45,193 nt of DNA from Saprospiraceae bacterium. Lineage in GTDB: Bacteria > Bacteroidota > Bacteroidia > Chitinophagales > Saprospiraceae. Below the pieces are notes generated by a model. It was not told the origin of the DNA. It made no database searches and saw nothing but the letters and a program-made list of their open reading frames with translations. Where the stretch lies: the NCBI GenBank assembly GCA_039927395.1, contig JBDSUZ010000296.1, positions 1 through 45,193 on the forward strand, in the 5' to 3' direction. Shown here one piece after another: positions 44,849 to 45,193 of the stretch (positions are counted from its first letter, which is position 1; each line of letters begins with the position of its first letter). The translations under genes were made by a program, and so were the position numbers.

Positions 44849-45193
44849 TATGCTTGAACGGGTTAAAAGCATCGACGGAAATTACATTTGTGATATGCTT
44901 ATATCCCGGCACCTGCATTTTACACTTTTATTTTGCCTTCTCCTTTTTAGAAATGTTGCTCTTGCACAAGCTGTTCTTGGCTATGAAACTTTCGCGACTA
45001 CGCAGGGTCTTTCACAGGGGATGGTGAATGATATGATTCAAGACAAAGATGGATTTATATGGATAGCTACCAAGGGTGGTCTGAATCGATATGATGGTTA
45101 CAATTTTAAAGTATTCACCACCGACCTGCAGGATAACAATTCCATCAGCAGCAATGCAGTCAGCAATTTGCTTGAAGACAGTAATGGAAGAAT
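44849..45193 (+). CDS. sensor protein N-terminus with two-component-regulator propeller repeats; the 3' end lies beyond the window
   Basis: My own translation from the ATG at 44849 reads ...LLFCLLLFRNVALAQ... then GLSQGMVNDMIQDKDGFIWIATKGGLNRYDGYNFKVF, the typical first blade of Bacteroidota propeller sensor proteins. The frame stays open to the window end. Confidence 0.6.

Overview
This looks like a chromosomal segment from a Bacteroidota-type genome. The basis is T9SS C-terminal sorting domains on two secreted proteases, TAnnTTTG-type -7 boxes, a GGGPS/PcrB homolog and a DUF5916/CBM9-like protein. About 40 genes are present and most are ordinary housekeeping or envelope functions: GH3-family protein (partial), recO, inositol monophosphatase, M14 peptidase, sucB, GH29 fucosidase, thioredoxin-fold protein, lspA, two ArsR-like regulators, tsaB, S41 peptidase, uvrB, lpxD, polA, GT2, a DksA-like protein, acyl-CoA ligase, ogt, a Wzx-like flippase, rsgA, an MFS transporter and a partial sensor. 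The only clearly accessory stretch is about 33.1-35.9 kb, between the convergent 3' ends of the DksA-like gene and the ligase gene. It holds a head-to-tail array of 267-bp units, each packed with four short perfect hairpins (REP-like). The array ends 56 bp from the stop codon of a 153-aa HUH/Y1 (IS200/RAYT-like) transposase gene that has no recognisable IS ends of its own. A 1579-bp IS element with perfect 26-bp inverted repeats has landed exactly in the loop of one hairpin, and the neighbouring unit preserves the empty site. The IS appears to need a -1 frameshift on an A9 run to make its full transposase. I cannot judge novelty without database searches. This RAYT-like gene, structured tandem hairpin array and hairpin-loop-targeting IS together are the best candidate for something under-described. 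No rRNA, tRNA or CRISPR was seen.
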